Below are positions 1-7,933 of a stretch of 64,000 bases of DNA, in pieces. Source of the stretch: a virus (Duplodnaviria > Heunggongvirae > Uroviricota > Caudoviricetes). Position 1 is the stretch's first letter. Every line of letters starts with the position of its first letter. The notes beneath the pieces were generated by a model that worked only from the letters and a program-made list of their open reading frames with translations, was not told the origin of the DNA and made no database searches. The stretch covers positions 64,001 to 128,000 of the IMG/VR virus record IMGVR_UViG_3300026549_000033. One strand, 5' to 3'. The translations under genes and the position numbers were made by a program.

Positions 1-346
1 TAACGTGGTTAAGAGATTCGTCAGTAACCTTAGTTGGTAGAACAATTGAGCTCTTATTTCGAATAATACTATTTTTTCTCCCGTTAGGGGTGTACCTTTT
101 GATAGTACAATCAAGGGAGAAGGCCTCCAAAATAAGTAGTATTAATGTTTATACGAAAGACGAGAGTAGATGGCAGCATGTTTTCCCTGGATTCATATTA
201 GTCTCTATTGAGCCTGACAGCTTTAAGAGTGCTTGGATTCGTAGAAAAGCAAACTTCCAAAGTTGGGTTGCGTCAAATAAGTACCTTCTTGAAGTTTTGT
301 TTATGATTTTAATAATAGTACTAATGGTAGTAAGCGGGGTAGTAAA

Positions 347-1228
347 ATGATTAAAAATTGCTTTAATTATGTAGGTAGTAAAGACCGTATATTCCCTCTT
401 ATAGACGAAAATCTTGACAAAACTAAGAAGAATTTTATAGATTTATTTTGTGGGAGCGGAGTAGTTGGAGTAAATGAACTCCCAAATTACAAAAATATAG
501 TATTAAATGATGCTTGCTGGCAAATGACAGAAACTCTTAAATTTCTAAGAGATAATAGTTACGAAAAAGTTATTACTGCTATTGATAAATATATTAAGGA
601 ATATAAACTTTCCAAAGAGAATAAAGAAGGGTACTTAAAGTTAAGGGAAGACTACAATTTCGACCCGTACTTAAGACTTGTGTTTGACCCTGCAATGTTT
701 TACTGTTTGGTAACACATTCTTTTAACTATAATATTCATATTAATAGCGAAGGGAAATTTAGTGTTCCGTCAGGATACAATAGGTGCTACTTTAATAAGA
801 ACATAAGGACAAACTTAGAGGCTTTTCAGTGGGAGCTTCACGATAATAAAGATAGGATAGCTATTAAAAACGAGGACTTTAAAACATTAATTAGTAAAGC
901 TGAAAGAATAATTCCAAATTCAATGTTTTATGTAGACCCTCCTTATTATTCTTCTGACAGCTCTTACGGTCGTATACATTACTTGGGTAAATGGGATGAA
1001 CCTAAAGAATATGCTTTATACAATACTCTTGATTACATTGATTCTAAAGGTGGTAGCTTCCTATTATCTAACGTTGTAGAAAATAACGGGAGAGTTAATC
1101 TTATTCTCAAGGAATGGTACAGAAGAAAGTGCTATAATGTCGTTGAGGTGCCTTCTGACTTTACAAATTGTAACTATCAAAGAAAGAATAAAGGTAAAAC
1201 AGTAGAAATTTTAGTGAGGAATTATTAA
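347..1228 (+). CDS. dam: Dam-like (D12 class) N6-adenine DNA methyltransferase
   Basis: N-terminal NYVGSK, motif I FIDLFCGSGVV, catalytic YVDPPY, FLLSN motif. Confidence 0.9.
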   Translation: MIKNCFNYVGSKDRIFPLIDENLDKTKKNFIDLFCGSGVVGVNELPNYKNIVLNDACWQMTETLKFLRDNSYEKVITAIDKYIKEYKLSKENKEGYLKLREDYNFDPYLRLVFDPAMFYCLVTHSFNYNIHINSEGKFSVPSGYNRCYFNKNIRTNLEAFQWELHDNKDRIAIKNEDFKTLISKAERIIPNSMFYVDPPYYSSDSSYGRIHYLGKWDEPKEYALYNTLDYIDSKGGSFLLSNVVENNGRVNLILKEWYRRKCYNVVEVPSDFTNCNYQRKNKGKTVEILVRNY

Positions 1229-2109
1229 TGAAATATGACTTTCGTACTGAAAGGACAAAAGGAAGAGTTCAAATAAATATAGGGGAATGGCAGTCTCCTG
1301 ATTCTGATCTTATTCATATATACAGGATGAATGGAAAGGCTCATGTTACTTACATAACTAAGGCGTGTTATGTAGGTGAGGAAGTTAACGGAGTACAAAA
1401 AGACGACTCCCTCCTCTTATCAAAGGTAGCATGTGACGTTGCTACTACCCCTTTTGCTTCTTATAAGATAGAAGAAAATAGTTATTTTGATATTCCCGAA
1501 GAGCAAATAATGGGGGTATTTTCTAATAATAAAATAAATATCAACTCTTTAAGAATGCGCGGGAAGAATATCCTTTTTAAGAAAATTGAAAAAAGACAAA
1601 ATTCCACCCTCGTCATAGAAGAAAAGAATACTATGATAGGTGAGGTAGTTAAGGTAGGAGAAGACTCTTCCTTAAAAATAGGAGACCTCGTAGCTGTTGG
1701 GGATAATGTATCCACTCCTGTAGAAATAGCAGGAGGAAATTACTTTGCGGTAGAAGAGAAATTTATAGTAGGAGTTCTCCAAAAGGACTTACAAATAGAG
1801 AACATGAAAATTATAAATGAGTATGTTTTAATGAAATCTTATATCGCTAAAAATGTATTAAATTCTACAGTATTAGAGACCTCGGGTATAGACTATGATT
1901 ACTTGGATTATTCAGATATAAATAATCGAAATTTATTCAAAGTTGAATACGCAGACAGGTCTTTAGGAAATATCAAGAAAGGGGATATCATCCTTTTAGA
2001 TAGGAATTACACAAATTACATGTACTATAACAACGAGAAGTACTTTGTAATAAACGATAAAAAATGGATATTAGGTAAAATTATAGAAAGGGACAAACAA
2101 TGCAATTAG
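1228..2109 (+). CDS. Co-chaperonin GroES/Cpn10-like protein with about three tandem domains
   Basis: Middle unit GEVVKVGEDSSLKIGDLVAVG...NYFAVEEKFIVGVL matches the Cpn10 pattern; similar units end in IPEEQIMGVF and VINDKKWILGKI. Confidence 0.6.
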   Translation: MKYDFRTERTKGRVQINIGEWQSPDSDLIHIYRMNGKAHVTYITKACYVGEEVNGVQKDDSLLLSKVACDVATTPFASYKIEENSYFDIPEEQIMGVFSNNKININSLRMRGKNILFKKIEKRQNSTLVIEEKNTMIGEVVKVGEDSSLKIGDLVAVGDNVSTPVEIAGGNYFAVEEKFIVGVLQKDLQIENMKIINEYVLMKSYIAKNVLNSTVLETSGIDYDYLDYSDINNRNLFKVEYADRSLGNIKKGDIILLDRNYTNYMYYNNEKYFVINDKKWILGKIIERDKQCN

Positions 2110-2711
2110 AAAAAAGTATTATTGAGCAATTACCTCAAATACCTTACGTTATTGACCAAGTTGGGGAAGCCTTGAAGTGGGCTAAAGAAGTTTTGGATGA
2201 GGGTGAATACAATCGTATGCTTAAAATAGCTTATGACGTAACGGAATTTACAAAATCTATCAGTGACCCTAACTTCTTCAAGACCCATTATGTTATAGCT
2301 ACAATTTTGTCGGGGATAGAAAATGCAAAAAGTGACGAAAGATTTGTTAAATTTGATTCTGCTTCTAAAGCGGTAGAAAAGACTTTAGACCTTATTGCTA
2401 TTGACCCTAAAAATATTGAAGAAAAAGGATGCTTTAAGTCAATTATGATGCACTTAATTCCTTTAGCTAAAGAAAACATGGAGCTCTTTACAGTAGAACT
2501 TATAAACATTAAGCATGTGTTAACTGAAATCTTAGAAGGCACTAAAAAGGCTAATGTAAAATCTCCTATTACAGCAGCAAATTATATTTCTATTTTAGGG
2601 TATGCCCTTGTCATAGCAAATATTAGAATGGCTAATTTGAAAATGACAAATGAAGCTTATAAAATATATAACGAAATTTCAGTTATTTTAAATAATGAAC
2701 TTAACTATTAA
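2100..2711 (+). CDS. Hypothetical alpha-helical protein
   Basis: 203-aa ORF overlapping the upstream stop, with an RBS. Confidence 0.75.
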   Translation: MQLEKSIIEQLPQIPYVIDQVGEALKWAKEVLDEGEYNRMLKIAYDVTEFTKSISDPNFFKTHYVIATILSGIENAKSDERFVKFDSASKAVEKTLDLIAIDPKNIEEKGCFKSIMMHLIPLAKENMELFTVELINIKHVLTEILEGTKKANVKSPITAANYISILGYALVIANIRMANLKMTNEAYKIYNEISVILNNELNY

Positions 2712-2725
2712 GAAAGGAAAGAAGA

Positions 2726-3025
2726 ATGAGCATTTTTGACGTATTTTCATTTAAAAAGGAAGCTTCCAAAGTTTTTACTGCTGAAAACTTTAAAGCTGTA
2801 TTAGAAACTGCAAGAGTAGAAATTATTAAACAGGTTAAAGAGAATATCCCAGGTCCTGAAAAGAAAATTTTAGTTGATAACATTGTTATTGTTAAAATAA
2901 GAGAATTCCGTAATTCTTGCAAAAATAAATTAGTTCTTTGGGTAATTGACCAAATAATTAAAGTTATACCGTCAGTAACTCAACTTGTATATAATTTCTT
3001 AAAAGAAAAAGTTGAAAATTTATAA
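2726..3025 (+). CDS. Hypothetical protein
   Basis: 99-aa ORF with AAGGAAAG RBS. Confidence 0.75.
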   Translation: MSIFDVFSFKKEASKVFTAENFKAVLETARVEIIKQVKENIPGPEKKILVDNIVIVKIREFRNSCKNKLVLWVIDQIIKVIPSVTQLVYNFLKEKVENL

Positions 3026-3053
3026 TATTTACATATATAGCACCTCCTCAAAG

Positions 3054-3096
3054 TAATACCATGAAATTTGACACATTCTAAATTTCATGGTATTAT
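3054..3096 (+). promoter_or_regulatory. Sigma70-type promoter of the tRNA cluster embedded in a perfect 16-bp inverted repeat
   Basis: TTGACA 3068-3073, 17 bp, TGgTATTAT; arms TAATACCATGAAATTT / AAATTTCATGGTATTA. Confidence 0.7.
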
Positions 3097-3148
3097 TAAA
3101 TTATAGAGATACGTCAGTCATGTCACTAAAACGTGACTGATCTAATAA

Positions 3149-3223
3149 AGCGGGGTAGAGCAGAGGCAGCTCGTCAGGCTCATAACCTGAAGGTCAGTGG
3201 TTCAATTCCACTCTCCGCAACCA
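3149..3223 (+). tRNA. tRNA-fMet (CAT), initiator type
   Basis: Cloverleaf, anticodon arm TCAGG-CTCATAA-CCTGA, 1:72 mismatch, encoded CCA. Confidence 0.92.
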
Positions 3224-3269
3224 TTTATAAAATACGGCACATTGACAACCGAATCTATTTCATGATAAT

Positions 3270-3972
3270 GCACAGGCTCTTAAACTTGCTTAATAACAGC
3301 CTATAAATAGAATTGTGCAAGTAAGGTATGTTTCGAATGTAAAAGCTATCTTTTAGCCTTTGAAATTATAAAGTAGCTTTATGCAGAAGCCGAGGAAATG
3401 AGGATAGTACTATTTAGTAAACCTTTATTGAAGTCCTCATTTCCTCCGTGGACGCTACCTTTAACTTTTAAATGTGTCGACTATGGTCGGTCTGCTCTGC
3501 TGTCTATAGTAAGTCTCTTCAGCTTACCAGAATTGGCAGTCTTCGAAAGAAGGAATTAAAAGAACCCCTGAGGGCAGTTGCGTCTACCAACTTAGCGTTG
3601 GAGGTAAGGAATTAGGTGCAGATGGAAAAGACTAATTCACGGATGGGTAGGGCGCGGCGCGCTGAGAGAACATAAGTCCGCTTAATTGGTCCCGTTGAGA
3701 AATCTTCAACCCGTTAGTCGACCCATTTAAGAGTTAAAGATATGTCACTGAGAAGTTGCATTCTGAGTGGAAGACGGGCACACTCCTTTAAGTGTGGGCT
3801 AGGTGACAGAGGTTATTGTGGTGGTCAAGGGTTGGGCGGACCGAGAACGCATCCCGTTTTTAATCTTTTAGTTTGTGCGTGAAAACTAAAAGACGTGGTT
3901 CAAGTACTTTAACGAAAAATAAGTACTCGGCTTTTTAGCGACAGGTTAGTACAGTGCAACATGTCTAACCTT
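3270..3972 (+). ncRNA. Candidate large structured ncRNA (about 700 nt)
   Basis: ORF-free, GC-elevated, many helices (13 bp 3392-3404/3434-3446; 11 bp 3864-3874/3883-3893); promoter-like TTGACA 3242. Confidence 0.6.
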
Positions 3973-3975
3973 CAT

Positions 3976-4052
3976 GGCCCTATAGATTAATAGGCTAAAT
4001 CGTTGCCCTTTCACGGCAAAGACTTGGAGTTCGAGCCTCCATGGGGCTACCA
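3976..4052 (+). tRNA. tRNA-Glu (TTC)
   Basis: Anticodon arm TTGCC-CTTTCAC-GGCAA, T arm, CCA. Confidence 0.9.
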
Positions 4053-4079
4053 TTTTTAAAGAAAGAAGAGGAAAAGAGT

Positions 4080-4334
4080 ATGAAAAAAGTATTAGTAGCA
4101 TTAATGTTGATTTCTCTCCCTGTAATGGCAGAAGAAGTAGTCACATCACCTGATCAAACTATTGAAAACACCAAGTCTTACACAGGTATTAACTACAACC
4201 GTCAGGATTCTAAACAAGTAGGTACTCAAAAGATTGTTAATGACCACTCATGGTTTAACATTAACATTCAAATAATCAAAAAGGGCGCTCTTTTTAAAGG
4301 TAAAGACGTTGTAGTTGGTAAAGAAGTTAAGTAA
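4080..4334 (+). CDS. Small secreted protein
   Basis: Start reassigned to ATG 4080 because the track start lies inside tRNA-Glu; signal peptide MKKVLVALMLISLPVMA. Confidence 0.7.
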   Translation: MKKVLVALMLISLPVMAEEVVTSPDQTIENTKSYTGINYNRQDSKQVGTQKIVNDHSWFNINIQIIKKGALFKGKDVVVGKEVK

Positions 4335-4425
4335 AAAGTATAGCATGATCGCCACTACCTGTATAGTGGTTTTAATAAGAGCCTTACAGGAGGTGCTTAT
4401 TAATCGACAAAGGAATCATGCGCCA

Positions 4426-4500
4426 GCCCGCATGGCTCAATGGCAGAGCAACGGTTTTGTAAACCGTAGGTTGGGAGTTCAAGTCTCTCTGTGGGCACCA
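4426..4500 (+). tRNA. tRNA-Thr (TGT)
   Basis: Anticodon arm ACGGT-TTTGTAA-ACCGT, CCA. Confidence 0.92.
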
Positions 4501-4568
4501 TTCAAAGGTACTATCTGACCATAAAGTAGGTTGGAATAGCTCTGGGGGTCCTACGTGGATTCCCATTC

Positions 4569-4641
4569 GGGGGTTTAGCTCAGTTGGTAGAGCGCCTGCT
4601 TTGCAAGCAGGATGTCAGGAGTTCAAGTCTCCTATCCTCCA
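4569..4641 (+). tRNA. tRNA-Ala (TGC)
   Basis: Anticodon arm CCTGC-TTTGCAA-GCAGG; CCA not encoded. Confidence 0.9.
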
Positions 4642-4645
4642 TATG

Positions 4646-4715
4646 TGTTCAGTAGCTTATGAGTAAAGCGGTTCCCGAAAGGACGCAAATAAGGTGCAAG
4701 TCCTTATCTGAGCGA
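4646..4715 (+). ncRNA. tRNA-like cloverleaf lacking an anticodon loop
   Basis: Acceptor TGTTCAG/CTGAGCG, D arm GCTT/AAGC, T-like arm ATAAGG-TGCAAGT-CCTTAT, central arm capped by GAAA. Confidence 0.55.
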
Positions 4716-4813
4716 AAACGGTGATGCGCACACGTAGGTTCTTGTTATTTCTTACTGAGAAGAAGTATTCCTCTGGTTCTGTCTCGTCCAGTGCTTAAAA
4801 AACGGGGCTGCAT

Positions 4814-4891
4814 GGGTTCATAGCTCAGTTTGGTCAGAGCGCGTGCCTGTCACGCACGAGGTCGAGGGTTCAAGCCCCTTTGGACCCGCCA
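4814..4891 (+). tRNA. tRNA-Asp (GTC)
   Basis: Anticodon arm CGTGC-CTGTCAC-GCACG, G73, CCA. Confidence 0.93.
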
Positions 4892-4900
4892 TATTTACAA

Positions 4901-4975
4901 TGCCAAGTAGCTCAATGGCAGAGCAATGGTCTGTTAAACCATAGGTTATTGGTTCGAGCCCAATCTTGGCAGCCA
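4901..4975 (+). tRNA. tRNA-Asn (GTT)
   Basis: Anticodon arm ATGGT-CTGTTAA-ACCAT, CCA. Confidence 0.93.
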
Positions 4976-4980
4976 TTTAT

Positions 4981-5096
4981 AATCACGATGTACGCAGTCT
5001 TGGAAAATTGTTGGCTATAAGCATAACGGTAAGGTCAACTTCCACGTATGATCAAACCGTTCACAATTTACTTGTACTGGGGAACGTGGAGTGATT
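4981..5096 (+). ncRNA. Candidate compact pseudoknotted RNA
   Basis: Closing AATCAC/GTGATT plus crossing helices AACGGT/ACCGTT, TCCACGT/ACGTGGA, AAATTG/CAATTT. Confidence 0.5.
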
Positions 5097-5102
5097 TAAT
5101 AC

Positions 5103-5512
5103 GGGGGTGACAGGTTTTGACAGTATAAAACTTGGCATTCTATAACAGGTAGAGACGCATGACCTCTTTAAATCGTGTACAATGATAAACGCTAATAACG
5201 TAATCAAAGCTGACTTCGGCTACAGAACTGCTTTAGCAGCCTAAGAAGTAACCTATAACAGAAGCTGTATGTTATAACGGTTAGGCGCAGCACGTGGTAG
5301 TTTACATTGCTTATGTGGAATGTACGTGAACCCGTCTTTAGTTTGACCACAACACAAGACGTTAAAGTTAGGGTTAGTGGTAGACCTCGGAGGATATTTG
5401 TTAGCTTTCTCCAACCGATTAAAGGCTAAAAGGCTAAAACTAACTAAACCTGTAATAATTATAGGTGTAGAGATATATTGGACCGTGGGTTCAATTCCCC
5501 GCACCTCCACCA
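5103..5512 (+). ncRNA. ssrA: tmRNA
   Basis: 5' GGGGGTGACAGGTTTTGAC, 3' T arm and CACCTCCACCA; tag frame 5191-5244 ANNVIKADFGYRTALAA*. Confidence 0.93.
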
Positions 5513-5519
5513 TTTTAAA

Positions 5520-6170
5520 ACTTACAAACGCAGGTACAACTTGGTAAGCACCGAGCTGAAACAAAAAGGGCTTACGACAATTACAGAGGCGACTACATCT
5601 TATTTCAGCATGGCATGGTCGAGAAGTAATCTGATAAAAAAGCGTTGTACACAGACTCCACCTCTCTGTAGTGAAAGTGGAAAACTATAGTTAATGAGGT
5701 TGTTCGGGCTGCTTTCCTCCACCAAAAAGCAGCTTGTCCTAAAGTTTATAGGTAGGAGGGTCCACCTTCAAAGCAAATCCGCGATGGTACTTCAACGGGA
5801 AATTCTCTTGGAGTTGAGATATTCAGAAGCTAAGATACAGGGCCTAAACCTACCCTATAATTAATTGGGATATGAAAAACTTAGAGCTCTTCAGTTTTTC
5901 ATTGAACGACCGCCACCGCAAATGGCGGGATATAAAACGTGACCCTTTTGTTCAGTTTCGCTCACGCAAAATAATTGAAACTGGAGCCAAGTTTACAAGA
6001 AGTGAGACGGGAAAGCATAAGACTGTACTTCAGTACTGCTCAAATGTCCCCTGTGAAGAGAGTCGACTTACTCACAGCACTATACCTATATAGGCGGTCA
6101 TAGGGCTTACAGTGTACCAAAAAACTGAAATAGGTGGTTTTACCCTCGTTTTACATTAAATAATGGGGGG
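5520..6170 (+). ncRNA. Candidate large structured ncRNA (about 650 nt)
   Basis: No credible ORF; crossing 7-bp helices 5534-40/5644-50, 5555-61/5603-09, 5582-88/5664-70 and many hairpins. Confidence 0.55.
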
Positions 6171-6174
6171 TCAT

Positions 6175-6261
6175 GTAGCAGGTATGCAAGTGGTTAAAGC
6201 AAGGGGTGCTAAAACGCCCCGCCTAATTTGGCTTCGTTGGTTCAAATCCAACTCTGCTTCA
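6175..6261 (+). tRNA. Atypical class II tRNA-like element (Leu-like) with non-canonical anticodon loop
   Basis: D arm TGC-AAGTGGTTAAA-GCA, variable arm GCC-TAATTT-GGC, T arm GTTGG-TTCAAAT-CCAAC; loop GCTAAAAC is 8 nt (or 6 nt); no CCA. Confidence 0.6.
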
Positions 6262-6269
6262 CTTTTAAA

Positions 6270-6780
6270 ATCCATGAGCGGTTGCACGCAAAAAGGGTAA
6301 GGCATGTTATACTCGTTTAGCCTTGTTATAGGGATAAAATAATAGACTGGTGGATGAATGATTTTATCTTTGACGAATTAAACATTCTCATTAAGTGACT
6401 AGTGATAGACAACACGATTTTGTAGTTTAAAGGTTTAGAAACTATGCGGTAGTTGCTTACGCATTCCTTTAAGTACTTCTCCACAAAGAAAGAAGGTAAA
6501 GATAACGACCAAAGGAAGGTGCAACACTTCCTTTTTCCAAAATTTATAAAGCTTGGTTGAGCCTTTACATGCCAATGCGCACAAAACTGAAGGCGGTTTC
6601 CACGCGTTGTCTCCTTAACAATGTGTCATAGAGCTGGAGGAGTGCCTATCTGTATAACATAGGACTTCCAAGGTACTAAGGGCATGCATAGTACCTACCG
6701 TGGGTCGCTACAAACCTTTTGGCGAAAAAGAGTAGTGTCGGTTTTCCCGAGTTTCCTGAGCTGAAAAAAACTCGGGTATA
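6270..6780 (+). ncRNA. Candidate structured ncRNA(s)
   Basis: ORF-free run of hairpins, e.g. AAAGGAAG-GTGCAACA-CTTCCTTT, AGGTACTA/TAGTACCT, CCCGAGTTT/AAACTCGGG. Confidence 0.45.
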
Positions 6781-6781
6781 T

Positions 6782-6868
6782 GGGGCGGTGTGCCGAGTGG
6801 CGAAGGCAGCGGACTGTAAATCCGTGACGTAAGATACAACGTAGGTTCAACTCCTACCCTCCCCACCA
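6782..6868 (+). tRNA. tRNA-Tyr (GTA)
   Basis: Anticodon arm GCGGA-CTGTAAA-TCCGT, long variable loop, CCA. Confidence 0.92.
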
Positions 6869-6874
6869 TTTAAA

Positions 6875-7281
6875 AATTCTACTTAAGAAATTCATACTCC
6901 CGAAAAAGATGACCCCTTCCGAGAATATGGACGCATATTCAGATACTGGTACTCAATCCAGACGAGCGAAAATAGGAACAACAGGTAGAAGGTACCTGCC
7001 TAACGTGGTTGTATGGTGGAGACGGGAACTCCATGAATAGCGAAACCTATTCTACTAAATCTCTTAAAATTTTGGGTTTTCTTTGTAAGTCATTTCCCAA
7101 CTGTCAAAAATAACTGGACTGCCCCTCTGCTAAGGGAAAGCAGCAGAGCTTGCCAATGACGCATAAAATTGGAGGTTTAAAGCGAGGTTTTACCTAGTCC
7201 AACCTGCCGAGGGGACAATTCGTAAAGTCCTACCTTCTGAGGAGAGTAAATGACAGATTCCCTCTCCTCCGTAAAAGAAGG
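6875..7281 (+). ncRNA. Candidate structured ncRNA(s)
   Basis: ORF-free; hairpins GAATATG/CATATTC, GAATAG/CTATTC, CTCTGCT/AGCAGAG, GAGGAGAG/CTCTCCTC. Confidence 0.4.
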
Positions 7282-7833
7282 TTAAGCAAGAATGTCTAAT
7301 GTGGGTTCATCAGGGAATTGGATTTCGAGTTGTACAGGTACTTTACGCCTTTCTTTTTCTGCTTTTTTGGCTTTATTTCGCATACTTCTTAGAACTTTTT
7401 TAGAAAGCTTCTTTTGAGGTTCAAAATCAGAAAATTCTGAAAGCTTCTTCATGTCTTTCCGACTTTTAACACCGAGTTCCCGACAAGTGGAGCGTATTTG
7501 GTCCTGATATAAAAAGCCATCAAAGATTTGTCCTATTCGAAAATTAAACTGTGATAAATAAGCTTCAAGCATTTCCCAAGATAAAAAATCAGCCAATGGT
7601 TTATTCCCACGGGCTGTATTTCTTTGGCGTTCTGCAAGAGCAAGATTCCTCCATGTTGTTTTACCGCCTTTCGAATGAGGCTTTAAATGCTCTAATGAGG
7701 CATTCCCATTATTCAAAAGACCTCCGTAGAGGCCTCTTTTTACTGAGGGCATTTTACCCTCTTTATATAAATCCTTTAAAGGATGTTGGTATCCATTAAA
7801 ACTAATTTGAGAAATACTTATAGGTTCTGACAA
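7282..7833 (-). CDS. HNH endonuclease-family protein
   Basis: SLEHLKPHSKGG...NLALA...N..RGN HNH signature. Confidence 0.8.
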   Translation of the reverse strand: MSEPISISQISFNGYQHPLKDLYKEGKMPSVKRGLYGGLLNNGNASLEHLKPHSKGGKTTWRNLALAERQRNTARGNKPLADFLSWEMLEAYLSQFNFRIGQIFDGFLYQDQIRSTCRELGVKSRKDMKKLSEFSDFEPQKKLSKKVLRSMRNKAKKAEKERRKVPVQLEIQFPDEPTLDILA

Positions 7834-7933
7834 TTCCTTTCCTCCATTATACTATAGAATTTAAATGATTCTAAAATTTTGACAAAACTCAAAGTTCATG
7901 CTACAATTGTTTTATAAGAGAGAGGAAAACTAC

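Noticed and set aside
2100-2711. SpoT/Mesh1-like HD (p)ppGpp hydrolase
   Set aside because: Only a vague helical resemblance; the HD and KxxDRxxN motifs are absent.
4315-6093. Track ORFs 4315-4518, 4384-4566, 5253-5564, 5478-5690, 5872-6093
   Set aside because: They overlap tRNA-Thr, tmRNA or helix-rich RNA and lack RBSs.
6175-6261. Amber-suppressor tRNA or TAG recoding
   Set aside because: CTA is not centred after a U33, and the standard code gives dense ORF coverage with TAG used as a stop (e.g. 15220, 18035).
3270-7281. RNase P RNA, SRP RNA or group I intron identity for the structured intervals
   Set aside because: The GAGGAAAGTCC/AACAGAA..CGGCT, CAGG-CCGGAAGG-AGCAG and ordered P-Q-R-S signatures were not found; partial look-alikes (GTGCAACA, GGGAAAGCAGCA, AATCCGC) are out of context.
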